Below, one piece after another: positions 19,352 through 28,898 of a stretch of 64,000 bases of DNA. A program made the position numbers and the translations under genes. The DNA lies in assembly GCA_964393605.1 (NCBI GenBank), contig CAYMUL010000018.1, forward strand, positions 1,819 through 65,818, read 5' to 3'. Origin of the DNA: an uncultured Ignavibacteriaceae bacterium. Its GTDB lineage: Bacteria > Bacteroidota > Ignavibacteria > Ignavibacteriales > Ignavibacteriaceae. Position 1 is the stretch's first letter; every line of letters begins with the position of its first letter. The notes beneath the pieces were generated by a model. That model worked only from the letters and a program-made list of their open reading frames with translations, did not search any database and was not told the origin of the DNA.

Positions 19352-20277
19352 TGATTAATCAACATCAAAAAATTTTTAAGGAAAGAAAAGAATTAGAAAG
19401 AGGGGAACTCGGCAAAAGACCCGATTGGCTAAAAGTGAGATTGCCTTCGGGAAAAAATTATGTTGAGTTAAAAAACTTAATGCGAACTCAAAAGCTCAAC
19501 ACTGTTTGTGAAGAAGCAAAATGTCCGAACCTCGCCGAATGTTGGAACAGACGAACTGCAACGTTTATGATTTTGGGTGATACTTGCACTCGAAGCTGTG
19601 GATTTTGCAATGTAAAATTAGGTTTGCCAAACGAACTCGATCTCGATGAACCGCGCAGAGTTGCGCAATCAGTTCAAACAATGCAACTCAAACATGTTGT
19701 CATTACTTCCGTTAATCGTGATGAACTAAAAGATGGCGGCGCAGAAATATTTTCTCAAACTGTAAAATTGATTCGCGAGAAAATGTCCGATTGTACAATA
19801 GAGATTTTAATTCCCGACTTCAAAGGAAACGAAGATGCGTTCGAAATAATCATGCACAACAAACCGGATATTTTAAATCATAATTTGGAGACAGTCGAAT
19901 CGCTTTATCATGCAGTACGACCGCAGGCGAAGTACTCTCGTTCGTTGGATTTGCTTTCGTGGTTCAAAGCGCGGGGCTTGAAAACAAAGAGCGGAATAAT
20001 GGTTGGCATCGGCGAGACAGAAGATGAAGTTGTAAAATTAATGAATGATTTAGTTGATCATGGCTGTGAAATATTGACTATCGGGCAATATCTTCGGCCG
20101 ACTAAAAATCATTTGCCGGTTGATCGTTTTGTAACGCTCGATGAATTTGCTTTTTATAAATCGGAAGGATTAAAGATGGGATTCAAAGTTGTGGAATCCT
20201 CGCCACTCGTAAGAAGTTCATATCATGCCGATGAACAAGCCCGCAAAGTAATTGTAGAAAAGTCGCTTGAGTTTTAA
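19351..20277 (+). CDS. lipA: lipoyl synthase
   Basis: CEEAKCPNLAECW plus the radical-SAM motif CTRSCGFCNV. 308 aa. Its start overlaps the E2 stop by 1 nt. Confidence 0.93.
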   Translation: MINQHQKIFKERKELERGELGKRPDWLKVRLPSGKNYVELKNLMRTQKLNTVCEEAKCPNLAECWNRRTATFMILGDTCTRSCGFCNVKLGLPNELDLDEPRRVAQSVQTMQLKHVVITSVNRDELKDGGAEIFSQTVKLIREKMSDCTIEILIPDFKGNEDAFEIIMHNKPDILNHNLETVESLYHAVRPQAKYSRSLDLLSWFKARGLKTKSGIMVGIGETEDEVVKLMNDLVDHGCEILTIGQYLRPTKNHLPVDRFVTLDEFAFYKSEGLKMGFKVVESSPLVRSSYHADEQARKVIVEKSLEF

Positions 20278-20278
20278 A

Positions 20279-22408
20279 ATGAATTTTCAAATCCACAGAC
20301 TCTTTCTCTTTCTCTTCATCTTTCTCTTTCTCTTTTTCTTCAGCTTGTCCTCCGTCCACGCTCAAACTAATTTCCACAAACAGCTCGACGACGATAACTC
20401 CAAATACACAAACGTCGGCAACATCAGAATAACGCTGACAAATTTCGGAATGATTGGACATGGATTTGCGCTTTGGCCTCAGCAACCAAATTTAGAATAT
20501 CCCACAGGCAGCGGAATTGAACATTTGTTCGCTGGCGGTTTGTGGATTGGCGGATTTAAATCGAACGATTCATCAGTTGCTTCGAAAGTTGGTCCGTTCG
20601 TTACAACCGGCGCAGTTGATGCAGCTTCCGTTTCTGCACGCGGCGGCGGTTTTGAATTTACAAATAATGCGGGTTCATTAATTACAGAAAGATCATCACT
20701 GCTCGATTCGCGCTTTTACGATCCGCTTGCAATTTCGCATCAGGATTTTCTGATGGATTTTCTCGATACCAATCTTACATTTTCAAATGGACAGATAATT
20801 GAAAACCATGATCCTCTTGGTGTGGAAATCAATCAGCAATCGTATGCTTGGAATTTTCCGTTCGCTGATTTTTTTGTGATCATGAATTACACTATAAAAA
20901 ATGTTTCAGGAAAATATCTCGATAGCATTTATGTCGGATTGTGGACTGACGCAGTTGTGCGAAACACAAAAATCACAGCGCCGCGCGGCTCGGCTTTCTT
21001 TAATAAAGGTGGCAACGGATACAAAGATTCTCTTTTCATCGCTTATGAATTTGATGCGACCGGCGATATTGGTTTTAGCGATAGCTATATCGGTGTTCAG
21101 CATCTCGGTTCAACTCCGACGCTTCAAGATTATTATATCGCACCGAACAACGACACACTACCGAAAGTAAATTATGTTTCGTGGCAATTTAGAAATACAG
21201 ATGATCCGAATTTTTTTGCCCCGCAAGATGATATCTCCCGCTACAGAAAAATGCAGGGATATTTCAGCGCAACAAGCCGATACAATAAAGGAGTGAATCC
21301 ATCAACTTTGAAAACTCCTTCTAATCGTTCAATGCTTTTAACAGCAGGACCATTTGGAAAAATCAAACCGAACGATTCGATAAATGTTGTCTTTGCAATC
21401 GTTACCGCAAAAAAATTTGGAACGGATGCCGCTTCTCTCGATACAGAAGAACAGAAAGCAAATTTATACTCGAACGCAGAGTGGGCTTTGCGCGCCTACT
21501 TCGGAGAAGATAGAAATAGAAATAATATTCTCGATGCCGGAGAAGACCTCGATGGCGACGGAAAAATTACTCGCTACATTTTACCTGCGCCTCCGCAAAT
21601 TCCGAAAGTGAAAGTCGTTCCCGAAAATAACAAAGCTACAATCTATTGGGATAAAAGAGCGGAAGCATCTATCGATCCGATTTCGGGAGTAAAAGATTTT
21701 GAGGGCTATCGCTTGTATAGAACTCAAAGCGGATATGATTTTGACAGAACTAAGAGCGATATCGCTTCGTTGGTTTTGCTTGCTGAGTTTGATAGTCTTT
21801 CAAATACAATCGGGTTCAATACCGGATTTTCTGCGGTTGAACTTGCAACACCTATTACTTTTCCGAACGACACAACAAAATATTATTACAAATTTGAAGT
21901 GAATAATTTGCTCAACGGCTGGCAGTATTTATTTTCTGTTACCGCGTTTGATAAAGGGGACGAAGCAAATAATCTTTCAAGTCTCGAATCGAGTTCCCTC
22001 GCGGCTCTGCAAAGAATTTTCCCCGGTACAACCGCGCAAGAAAATGACGATGTTAATGTTGAGGTCTATCCGAATCCTTACTACGCAAATGCAATTTGGG
22101 ATGGAAGTTCGGAACGTTTGAGAAAAATTTATTTTTATAATCTTCCTGAAAACTGCGAGATAACAATTTATACTTTAGCCGGAGATGTGATTAAAAAGAT
22201 TGATCACGATGGCAATAGCAACGGCTCCGATTTGCGCTGGTTTGAAAATTTTTCTTCCGACGGAAAACAAATTTTTGCAGGCGGCGAACATGCATGGGAT
22301 TTAGTTACCGATAACGATCAAGCTATCGCAACCGGCTTGTATCTTTTTTCGGTAAAGAATTTGAAAAACGATAAAATAAAAATTGGTAAATTTTTAATAG
22401 TTAAATAA
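20279..22408 (+). CDS. secreted hypothetical protein with Ca-binding-like DxDxDG loop and divergent T9SS/FlgD-Ig-like C-terminal domain
   Basis: Signal peptide ending SSVHAQT. Motifs EYPTGSGIEHLFAGGLWIGG and GEDLDGDGKIT. The C-terminus reads YPNPYY...ITIYTLAGDVIKKI...ATGLYLFSV...KIGKFLIVK. The ATG at 20279 lies 1 nt after the lipA stop (the tracked TTG at 20267 overlaps lipA). Confidence 0.6.
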   Translation: MNFQIHRLFLFLFIFLFLFFFSLSSVHAQTNFHKQLDDDNSKYTNVGNIRITLTNFGMIGHGFALWPQQPNLEYPTGSGIEHLFAGGLWIGGFKSNDSSVASKVGPFVTTGAVDAASVSARGGGFEFTNNAGSLITERSSLLDSRFYDPLAISHQDFLMDFLDTNLTFSNGQIIENHDPLGVEINQQSYAWNFPFADFFVIMNYTIKNVSGKYLDSIYVGLWTDAVVRNTKITAPRGSAFFNKGGNGYKDSLFIAYEFDATGDIGFSDSYIGVQHLGSTPTLQDYYIAPNNDTLPKVNYVSWQFRNTDDPNFFAPQDDISRYRKMQGYFSATSRYNKGVNPSTLKTPSNRSMLLTAGPFGKIKPNDSINVVFAIVTAKKFGTDAASLDTEEQKANLYSNAEWALRAYFGEDRNRNNILDAGEDLDGDGKITRYILPAPPQIPKVKVVPENNKATIYWDKRAEASIDPISGVKDFEGYRLYRTQSGYDFDRTKSDIASLVLLAEFDSLSNTIGFNTGFSAVELATPITFPNDTTKYYYKFEVNNLLNGWQYLFSVTAFDKGDEANNLSSLESSSLAALQRIFPGTTAQENDDVNVEVYPNPYYANAIWDGSSERLRKIYFYNLPENCEITIYTLAGDVIKKIDHDGNSNGSDLRWFENFSSDGKQIFAGGEHAWDLVTDNDQAIATGLYLFSVKNLKNDKIKIGKFLIVK

Positions 22409-22422
22409 AAGGAATAATTCTG

Positions 22423-24555
22423 ATGAAATTCTTCAGCTACATTTTGTTCGGTTTGCTTGCAATGAACATCGCTTTGCAAGCACAAACGTATCCACTCGTT
22501 ACAATTCAAGATATACAACGAGTTCCCGATTCATTACAAAACTCCGATCCACCATCGCAACTGAACGGCGACACGGTGAGAATTCGTGCACTCGTTATGG
22601 TGCAACCTGTTATTCATCCCGTGAACAATAGGGGAGTGATAATTTCTGCCGGCGCACGCTGGTCTATTTATGCTCAAGATCCTTCAGGCGCAGTTTGGGG
22701 AGGAATGAATATTATTCAACATGATACAATTGGTGCGGCTCAAGGAACTTTTTTTGATTTAGTAGATACCGCACAAGTGTGGGAATTCACAGGCAAAGTT
22801 GAAGAGTATTTTACATCGACACAGTTTGCATTAATTACCGCGCCGCAACCGGTTCCCGTTGAATTCATTAATCAAAATCCGAATCGCGTTGAACCAATCG
22901 AGCTATCTCTCGCTGATTTTTTCTCCAACGGAAATTATAATTTCAATGCAGAGAAATATGAAGGAATGTATGTTATTGTTCGGAATGTTATTACTTCCGA
23001 TAGACAATCTGCCGGAAATTTTAAATTGAATGACGGTCTTGGAAATTTTGTTTTCGCTTATAATCAATCGCGACATTTTAAAACCGGCACTGCCGGCATT
23101 GATCCGAACTATCAACCGCCGCTCGATGGTTCTGTACTAAGTTATGTACGCGGAATTGTTACAACACGCGCAGACGGTTACTACATCGTACCACTTTATC
23201 CAGGAGATGTTGGACCATCAACTTCTTCACCGCCGGTCATCTCGCAAATCACACGTAATAATGCTATCGTAAATCCTAATAGTGCAGTGCTAATCTCCGC
23301 CAAATTAGCGGACCTCGATGGCTACGTTACATCGGCAAGTTTGAAGTATCGTGTCAACGGTGGAAGTAGAATTTCTTTACCGATGCAAAAAAATCCTTCC
23401 GATACTACACAATGGCAGGCTTCTATTCCCGGTGTTACAGATTCCTCGCTTGTTGATTTTTTTATCTCTGCAACCGATAACGAAAATAATGTTGCGAACA
23501 ATCCATCCGATACCGTGAAGGGAAATTATTTCTATTTAGTTTTGAATAGACCTCTTACAATTGTGGATGTTCAGTATAGCCCTTTCGGAAGCGGGTTTAG
23601 CGGGTATAATAATTATTCAATCACTTTGGATGGAATTGTAACTGCGGATACATCCGATATTCCAGGATTAGGTTCAACGCCATTGCGAATTTATATGCAA
23701 GATGGAAATTCTGCATGGTCGGGAATTCAAATCGGTGCCGCGGGAACTTTCGGCAACGATATTTTAACTCTTAAGAGAGGCGATAAAATCACTGTTACAG
23801 GAAAGATTTTGGAATCGTTCGCAGTTACTCGGATTGATAGCATAACAAATTTGTCCGTTGCCAGCAGTAACAATCCTTTACCTGCGCCGGCGGTTGTTAC
23901 AACCGGGACAATTGCAACCAAAATCAACGGCACAGTCGATGCAGAGCAATGGGAAAGCGTCCTCATTAAATATCAAAATGTGAATGTTACTAATTACACA
24001 GCCGACGGCTCAAGCAATTTTGGAGAGAGCTTTATAGATGATGGTTCCGGCAACACTCGCGTTGAATGGCAGGATGGCGGTAATACTTATCATAATGCTT
24101 ATGATTCTTCGCTTATCGGATTGTCCGGTTATTTCAATGTTACTACCGGTTCAACCTTTAGTTCGATTGTGGGGATACTATATTATTCTTTCAGTAATTA
24201 TAAACTTGTTCCGAGAAAGAATGACGATATGACAGGCTTTGTCGCCGATGCAAATGAGGATGTAATTAATCCGGACGGTTACTCACTCTTACAAAACTAT
24301 CCGAATCCATTTAATCCGAGTACAATCATCAGTTATCGGCTTTCAGCGTCCGGCAATGTTTCTCTAAAAATCTTTGATATTCTTGGCAATGAAGTTGCAA
24401 CATTAGTGAATGAAGAAAAAATGCCGGGTGTTTATGAAGTTGAGTTTCCAAATGTAAAGACAGGGCATGCCCCATCTCTACCAAGTGGAATTTATTTCTA
24501 TCGTTTGCAAGCAGGAAATTTTGTTCAGACAAAGAAAATGATTTTGCTTCGCTGA
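22423..24555 (+). CDS. T9SS-sorted secreted protein with two ExeM/NucH-like N-terminal beta-barrel modules
   Basis: Signal peptide ending ALQAQT. Two modules follow the pattern TIQDIQ...GDTVRIRALVMV...IYAQD...FTGKVEEYFTSTQFAL, repeated as IVDVQ...LDGIVTAD...IYMQD...VTGKILESFAVTRIDS. A canonical T9SS CTD is present (LLQNYPNPFNPSTIISYRL...GIYFYRL...KKMILLR*, about 24277-24552). Confidence 0.65.
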   Translation: MKFFSYILFGLLAMNIALQAQTYPLVTIQDIQRVPDSLQNSDPPSQLNGDTVRIRALVMVQPVIHPVNNRGVIISAGARWSIYAQDPSGAVWGGMNIIQHDTIGAAQGTFFDLVDTAQVWEFTGKVEEYFTSTQFALITAPQPVPVEFINQNPNRVEPIELSLADFFSNGNYNFNAEKYEGMYVIVRNVITSDRQSAGNFKLNDGLGNFVFAYNQSRHFKTGTAGIDPNYQPPLDGSVLSYVRGIVTTRADGYYIVPLYPGDVGPSTSSPPVISQITRNNAIVNPNSAVLISAKLADLDGYVTSASLKYRVNGGSRISLPMQKNPSDTTQWQASIPGVTDSSLVDFFISATDNENNVANNPSDTVKGNYFYLVLNRPLTIVDVQYSPFGSGFSGYNNYSITLDGIVTADTSDIPGLGSTPLRIYMQDGNSAWSGIQIGAAGTFGNDILTLKRGDKITVTGKILESFAVTRIDSITNLSVASSNNPLPAPAVVTTGTIATKINGTVDAEQWESVLIKYQNVNVTNYTADGSSNFGESFIDDGSGNTRVEWQDGGNTYHNAYDSSLIGLSGYFNVTTGSTFSSIVGILYYSFSNYKLVPRKNDDMTGFVADANEDVINPDGYSLLQNYPNPFNPSTIISYRLSASGNVSLKIFDILGNEVATLVNEEKMPGVYEVEFPNVKTGHAPSLPSGIYFYRLQAGNFVQTKKMILLR

Positions 24556-24573
24556 TATTATTTGTTGATGGTA

Positions 24574-26091
24574 ATGAAATCTTTTTTTCTTATAACAATA
24601 GGTTTGTTGTCTTTTATCGGGTGCAAAGAAGAAATTGTTGATAACCCGACAGGCAATAAATCCCCCGAAACCGGTATTTTTCTTTATCCCGATACGTCTG
24701 TATCAAGCCAGCCAAGCCGCGTCAAACTCGCATGGTGGGGTGATGATCCCGATGGTTTGCTCGCCGGTTTCTTTTTCTCATGGAATGGAGTGAACTGGAC
24801 TTTCACTTCTAAAAATGATAGCACTTTCGAGTTGCAAGTCGGCATTACAGATACACTTTATAAATTCAGAGTTGCTTCTGCTGATCAACATGGAAACAGA
24901 ATTTATGACGCTACTCTTATGCAAAATAGTATTAACTTCGGAAGCGAACCTTTCACTGATAAAAATGGCAACGGTATTTGGGATGCGAATGAACCGTTCG
25001 TCGATATTGGTTTGATCGATCCTTCCCCCGCGGAAATTATTTTGCCGATAAGAAATTCAGCACCAACTATCGAGTGGAACTCTTTAACCATTATTCCCGA
25101 CACATCATTTCCCGTTATGTCTTTCGGGTGGAACGCCGCAGATATTGATGGTGATGAATCAATTGCAAAAATTAATATTGCTCTGAACGATACGTCGAAT
25201 AGTGCGAATGTTCTTTCCATTCCGGGAGCGACACGAGTTGTTACTTTGCGTGTTACTGATTTTAGTTCTCCAAATCCACTTGCAGAAATATTGATTGAAG
25301 GTTCAACCTCAAATATTTTTTCCGAAAAATTAAAAGGGATGTTGCTCGATTCCGAAAATAAATTTTTCGTGCAAGCGGAAGATATTTCGGGGGCAAAAAG
25401 TCCGTTCATTTCTTTGCCCGGTTCAGGCGCAAAATGGTTCGTGCAAAAACCGAAAGGAAAATTTTTAATCGTGGATGATTACACAACGAATGACGAAGCC
25501 TCAACGTTTTACAATTTGATGATGGATAGTTTAAATCTTTCCGGCAAGTATGATATTTATAATTTTAGAGCAAAAACTCCTCCATATCTGAATGTTACTT
25601 TTTTGGAAACTATAAAGTTGTTCAAGTATGTTTTATGGTACGGAGATAATAATCCATCAATCGATTTAGCCGCCGGCTCCGTGCAAAAATATATTGATGC
25701 TGGGGGCAAAATATTGATGTCAACTCTCTTTCCGCAAAATATTGATATCGGAAATATTCAAGGGTTTCTTTCAATGATCAAAACTGACAGCAGCGGTTAC
25801 AGAGATGTATTGATGAACGGTACTTTGGTGTCGGATTCATCAAACATTTATCCTCCGCTTGAAACTAAGCAAACAATTTTCCGTTCTCGCAGTTTCTATT
25901 TGAATGAGATCGGTACTGTTCCGATTTATAATTTCCCGAACAATGAACTCCCCGGTTACATCGGATTTTCCGATACGCAGAAAAAAATATTTTTCATCGG
26001 ACTTCCGCTGCACAGATGCAACAACGGTTCTGCAAATGTTAAACAACTTCTAAACAAAGTTCTCCTTCAAGATTTTGGATTAACACCATGA
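24574..26091 (+). CDS. hypothetical lipoprotein
   Basis: MKSFFLITIGLLSFIGC lipobox when started at ATG 24574 (the tracked TTG is at 24562). Motifs WWGDDPDGLLAGFFFSWNG and DKNGNGIWDANEPF. I recognise no family. Confidence 0.55.
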   Translation: MKSFFLITIGLLSFIGCKEEIVDNPTGNKSPETGIFLYPDTSVSSQPSRVKLAWWGDDPDGLLAGFFFSWNGVNWTFTSKNDSTFELQVGITDTLYKFRVASADQHGNRIYDATLMQNSINFGSEPFTDKNGNGIWDANEPFVDIGLIDPSPAEIILPIRNSAPTIEWNSLTIIPDTSFPVMSFGWNAADIDGDESIAKINIALNDTSNSANVLSIPGATRVVTLRVTDFSSPNPLAEILIEGSTSNIFSEKLKGMLLDSENKFFVQAEDISGAKSPFISLPGSGAKWFVQKPKGKFLIVDDYTTNDEASTFYNLMMDSLNLSGKYDIYNFRAKTPPYLNVTFLETIKLFKYVLWYGDNNPSIDLAAGSVQKYIDAGGKILMSTLFPQNIDIGNIQGFLSMIKTDSSGYRDVLMNGTLVSDSSNIYPPLETKQTIFRSRSFYLNEIGTVPIYNFPNNELPGYIGFSDTQKKIFFIGLPLHRCNNGSANVKQLLNKVLLQDFGLTP

Positions 26092-28898
26092 AAAAACTGA
26101 AACTATTTTTCTTTATCACTTTTCTTTTTCTAGCGAATCTCTCCGTTGCGCAAACGGGAACTCTTTCCGGTAAAATTATTGATGTTACCAAAGAAGGTTT
26201 GCCCGGTGTAAATATAATTTTAAAGGGAACGTATTACGGCGCGGCTACAGACATCGACGGTAAGTTTTCGATTTACAACATTACACCCGGAACATACAAT
26301 GTTGAAATTTCATTCATTGGTTACAAAACGGTTCAATACACTGCAATAAAAATTGAAGCAAACAAAACCGTTCAACTCGATGTTATACTCGAAGAATCTA
26401 TTCTCACACTCGATCAGGATGTTGTTGTGATTGGCGAAAAACCGCTCGTTGATGTTGAAGAAACTCAAAGTAAAAAAACTATTTCGAGAGAAGAGATAGA
26501 TTTATCAGTCGTTGAAAACATTAATGATCTTGTAACTCAACAAGCAGGAGTAGTAAAGAATGATAACTCTATTCACATACGCGGCGGAAGAAGTTACGAA
26601 AATGCTTTTCTGCTCGATGGCGTTTCTGTTCAAGATCCGCTCGCGGGAACCGGCTTCGGTTTGCAATTAAGCGCAAATGCAATTGAGGAAGTTGAAGTTA
26701 TCACCGGCGGATATAATGCTGAGTTCGGGCAGGCAACTTCGGGAGTTGTGAACGTTCGTACTCGCGAAGGTGGCAGTAAATTTTCAGGTTATCTTTCTTA
26801 TAAAAGAGATAACTTCGGAGAGAAAACTTCTTTTAACGTTTTTAATATCGATATTATCGAAGCAAGCATAAGCGGTCCCGAGCCAATAACCATGCACCTT
26901 TTACCAATGTTCGGTTTGAATCTGCCGGGCGAAATTTCTTTCTTTACAAATTTTTACGGCGGATTGAGCGACGGAATTACTCAAGGAATGAAAAAATCAA
27001 AAGCAAACAGAGTTATCTCTTCCACATTTTTTGGGTCAAGATTTTCACCCCGCACCGAAAACAGTTGGTTTGCGCTCGGAAAAATTACTTATAAAATTTC
27101 TCCGACTTTCAAACTCGCTTATTCTTACAATCAATCGGTGAACATAAATCAAAATTCGCAATCGCTTCAATCAAATTTAGAATACGTTGAACCCAGCCCC
27201 GGCTATCAATACGAATACCAAAACATACTCGATCAGGCGAACACATTTACGCACAGCAATAAATATCACAGCTTTACATTAACACACACTTTGAACTCAT
27301 CCACATTTTATGAAGTGAAAGCGAATCACTATTTCACAAATCTTCGCGCAGATGCGAACGGCAGAAATTGGAATGAATACACCGAGCCGAAAGATATCGT
27401 CAACTTTCCAATTGAATATTATAATTTAAGTCGCGACACAATCGGTGTAATTCCCGGCGATGGATTTTGGGATGTCGGAAATCCTTTTACGTGGCGCGAT
27501 CATTTTGTAAGCGAGTTTTCTTTGCGCGGCGATGTTACAAGTTTCTTCGATGAAAAAAATAAATTCAAAGCCGGATTCAATTTGCAATTTCAAGATATGC
27601 AGGTGATTGATATTTATAAACCGTGGGTTGGCGAACTTGGATTGAACAACGATATCTACCGCGTCTTTCCCGCGCTCGGCTCAATCTATGCACAGGACAA
27701 TATCAACTTCAGTGGAATGATTTTGAATTTCGGTTTGCGTTTCGATTTTTGGTTCCCCGGAAAATATGTAGATGACGCAGTCGGCAATCCGCTTGTTGTT
27801 ACTGTGCCCGATGAAACGAGAACGCGGTATAAAGAAGAATCATTCGGCTGGTTCGGCAACAGAAGATGGAAGGCAAGATTGAGTCCGCGTCTCGGAATTT
27901 CGCATCCCGTTTCCGATAACCAAACTTTATTTTTCTCATACGGACATTTCAGCAAGTGGCCCAAACCGCAATTCGTTTATGCAAAACTTGATCCGTTGAA
28001 TGCGCAATCATCTTTTCAAAAATTCGGCAATCCGAATTTAAATCCCGAAACGACAGTCGCATACGAACTCGGTGTGAAAACAACTTTCACTCAAGATGAC
28101 GTGCTGACTTTAACCGCATATTATAAGGATATTTTTGATTACGTCAGCACACGAACTGCGCGAATTACTTCCGCAAGATTTGCGACGGAAAGGTTTATCA
28201 CTTATGTAAATTCGGATTACGCTCGCTCACGCGGATTGGAATTTGAGTACAAAAAGAGAATGGGAAAAATGTTCTCCGGTTCAGCTTCTTTTACATATTC
28301 CATCGTTACGGGAAAAAGTTCTTCCGCAGATGAAGGCGTGCTTGTTCTTCGCGGCGATCTCGATGAATCAATTAAAGAAGAATATGTTTCGTGGGATCGA
28401 CCGATTACCGCTTCTATCTCCACAAGTTTTTATGTGGAAAAAGATAAGCCGCTCTTCGATTTTCTCCCCGGATTTCTTGACGACTACAATATTTATTTAA
28501 GAATGTTTTATCAATCGGGTAAAAGATACACACCATATTATTTTACAGGAGATACGCTATCGGACGGACGGCTCGAGTATGAAGTTCAACGAACGGAAAG
28601 GAATTCCAAACTCGGCGAGTATTGGTTTTGGACTGATCTGAATTTCGAAAAATATTTTGCGATTGATAAAATTCGTATCACATTTTTTGTTGAAGTTAAT
28701 AATCTTTTCGGGAATGAAAATTCTGCAATCGTGAATCCGGTTACAGGTCGTGCGTATGAATTGGGCGATGATATTCCGAGTAGTTGGAACGATCCACGTT
28801 ATCCAGATTTGCAAGCGCCGATTTCTCCATATCCATTAAATCCCGCGCGTTACTTGACGAAACGTAATATCAAATTCGGTTTGAGTGTGAAGTTCTAA
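26088..28898 (+). CDS. TonB-dependent outer-membrane receptor with CarboxypepD_reg-like N-terminal domain
   Basis: Signal peptide. GTLSGKIID...GVNIILKGT..GAATDIDGKFSI (Cna/CarboxypepD_reg). Plug region VVVIGEK...ISREEI, IRGGRSYEN, LLDGVSVQDP and GGYNAEFGQATSGVVNV. A long beta-barrel ends in the aromatic terminus FGLSVKF*. ATGA overlap upstream. Confidence 0.85.
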   Translation: MKKLKLFFFITFLFLANLSVAQTGTLSGKIIDVTKEGLPGVNIILKGTYYGAATDIDGKFSIYNITPGTYNVEISFIGYKTVQYTAIKIEANKTVQLDVILEESILTLDQDVVVIGEKPLVDVEETQSKKTISREEIDLSVVENINDLVTQQAGVVKNDNSIHIRGGRSYENAFLLDGVSVQDPLAGTGFGLQLSANAIEEVEVITGGYNAEFGQATSGVVNVRTREGGSKFSGYLSYKRDNFGEKTSFNVFNIDIIEASISGPEPITMHLLPMFGLNLPGEISFFTNFYGGLSDGITQGMKKSKANRVISSTFFGSRFSPRTENSWFALGKITYKISPTFKLAYSYNQSVNINQNSQSLQSNLEYVEPSPGYQYEYQNILDQANTFTHSNKYHSFTLTHTLNSSTFYEVKANHYFTNLRADANGRNWNEYTEPKDIVNFPIEYYNLSRDTIGVIPGDGFWDVGNPFTWRDHFVSEFSLRGDVTSFFDEKNKFKAGFNLQFQDMQVIDIYKPWVGELGLNNDIYRVFPALGSIYAQDNINFSGMILNFGLRFDFWFPGKYVDDAVGNPLVVTVPDETRTRYKEESFGWFGNRRWKARLSPRLGISHPVSDNQTLFFSYGHFSKWPKPQFVYAKLDPLNAQSSFQKFGNPNLNPETTVAYELGVKTTFTQDDVLTLTAYYKDIFDYVSTRTARITSARFATERFITYVNSDYARSRGLEFEYKKRMGKMFSGSASFTYSIVTGKSSSADEGVLVLRGDLDESIKEEYVSWDRPITASISTSFYVEKDKPLFDFLPGFLDDYNIYLRMFYQSGKRYTPYYFTGDTLSDGRLEYEVQRTERNSKLGEYWFWTDLNFEKYFAIDKIRITFFVEVNNLFGNENSAIVNPVTGRAYELGDDIPSSWNDPRYPDLQAPISPYPLNPARYLTKRNIKFGLSVKF

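Noticed and set aside
24903-25409. 168-aa antisense ORF inside the 509-aa lipoprotein gene. Similar cases are 42810-43373 in mrdA and 13851-14279 in lpdA.
   Set aside because: These are shadow ORFs opposite genes with clear motifs or operon context. They have no independent start or SD signals and their composition is skewed.
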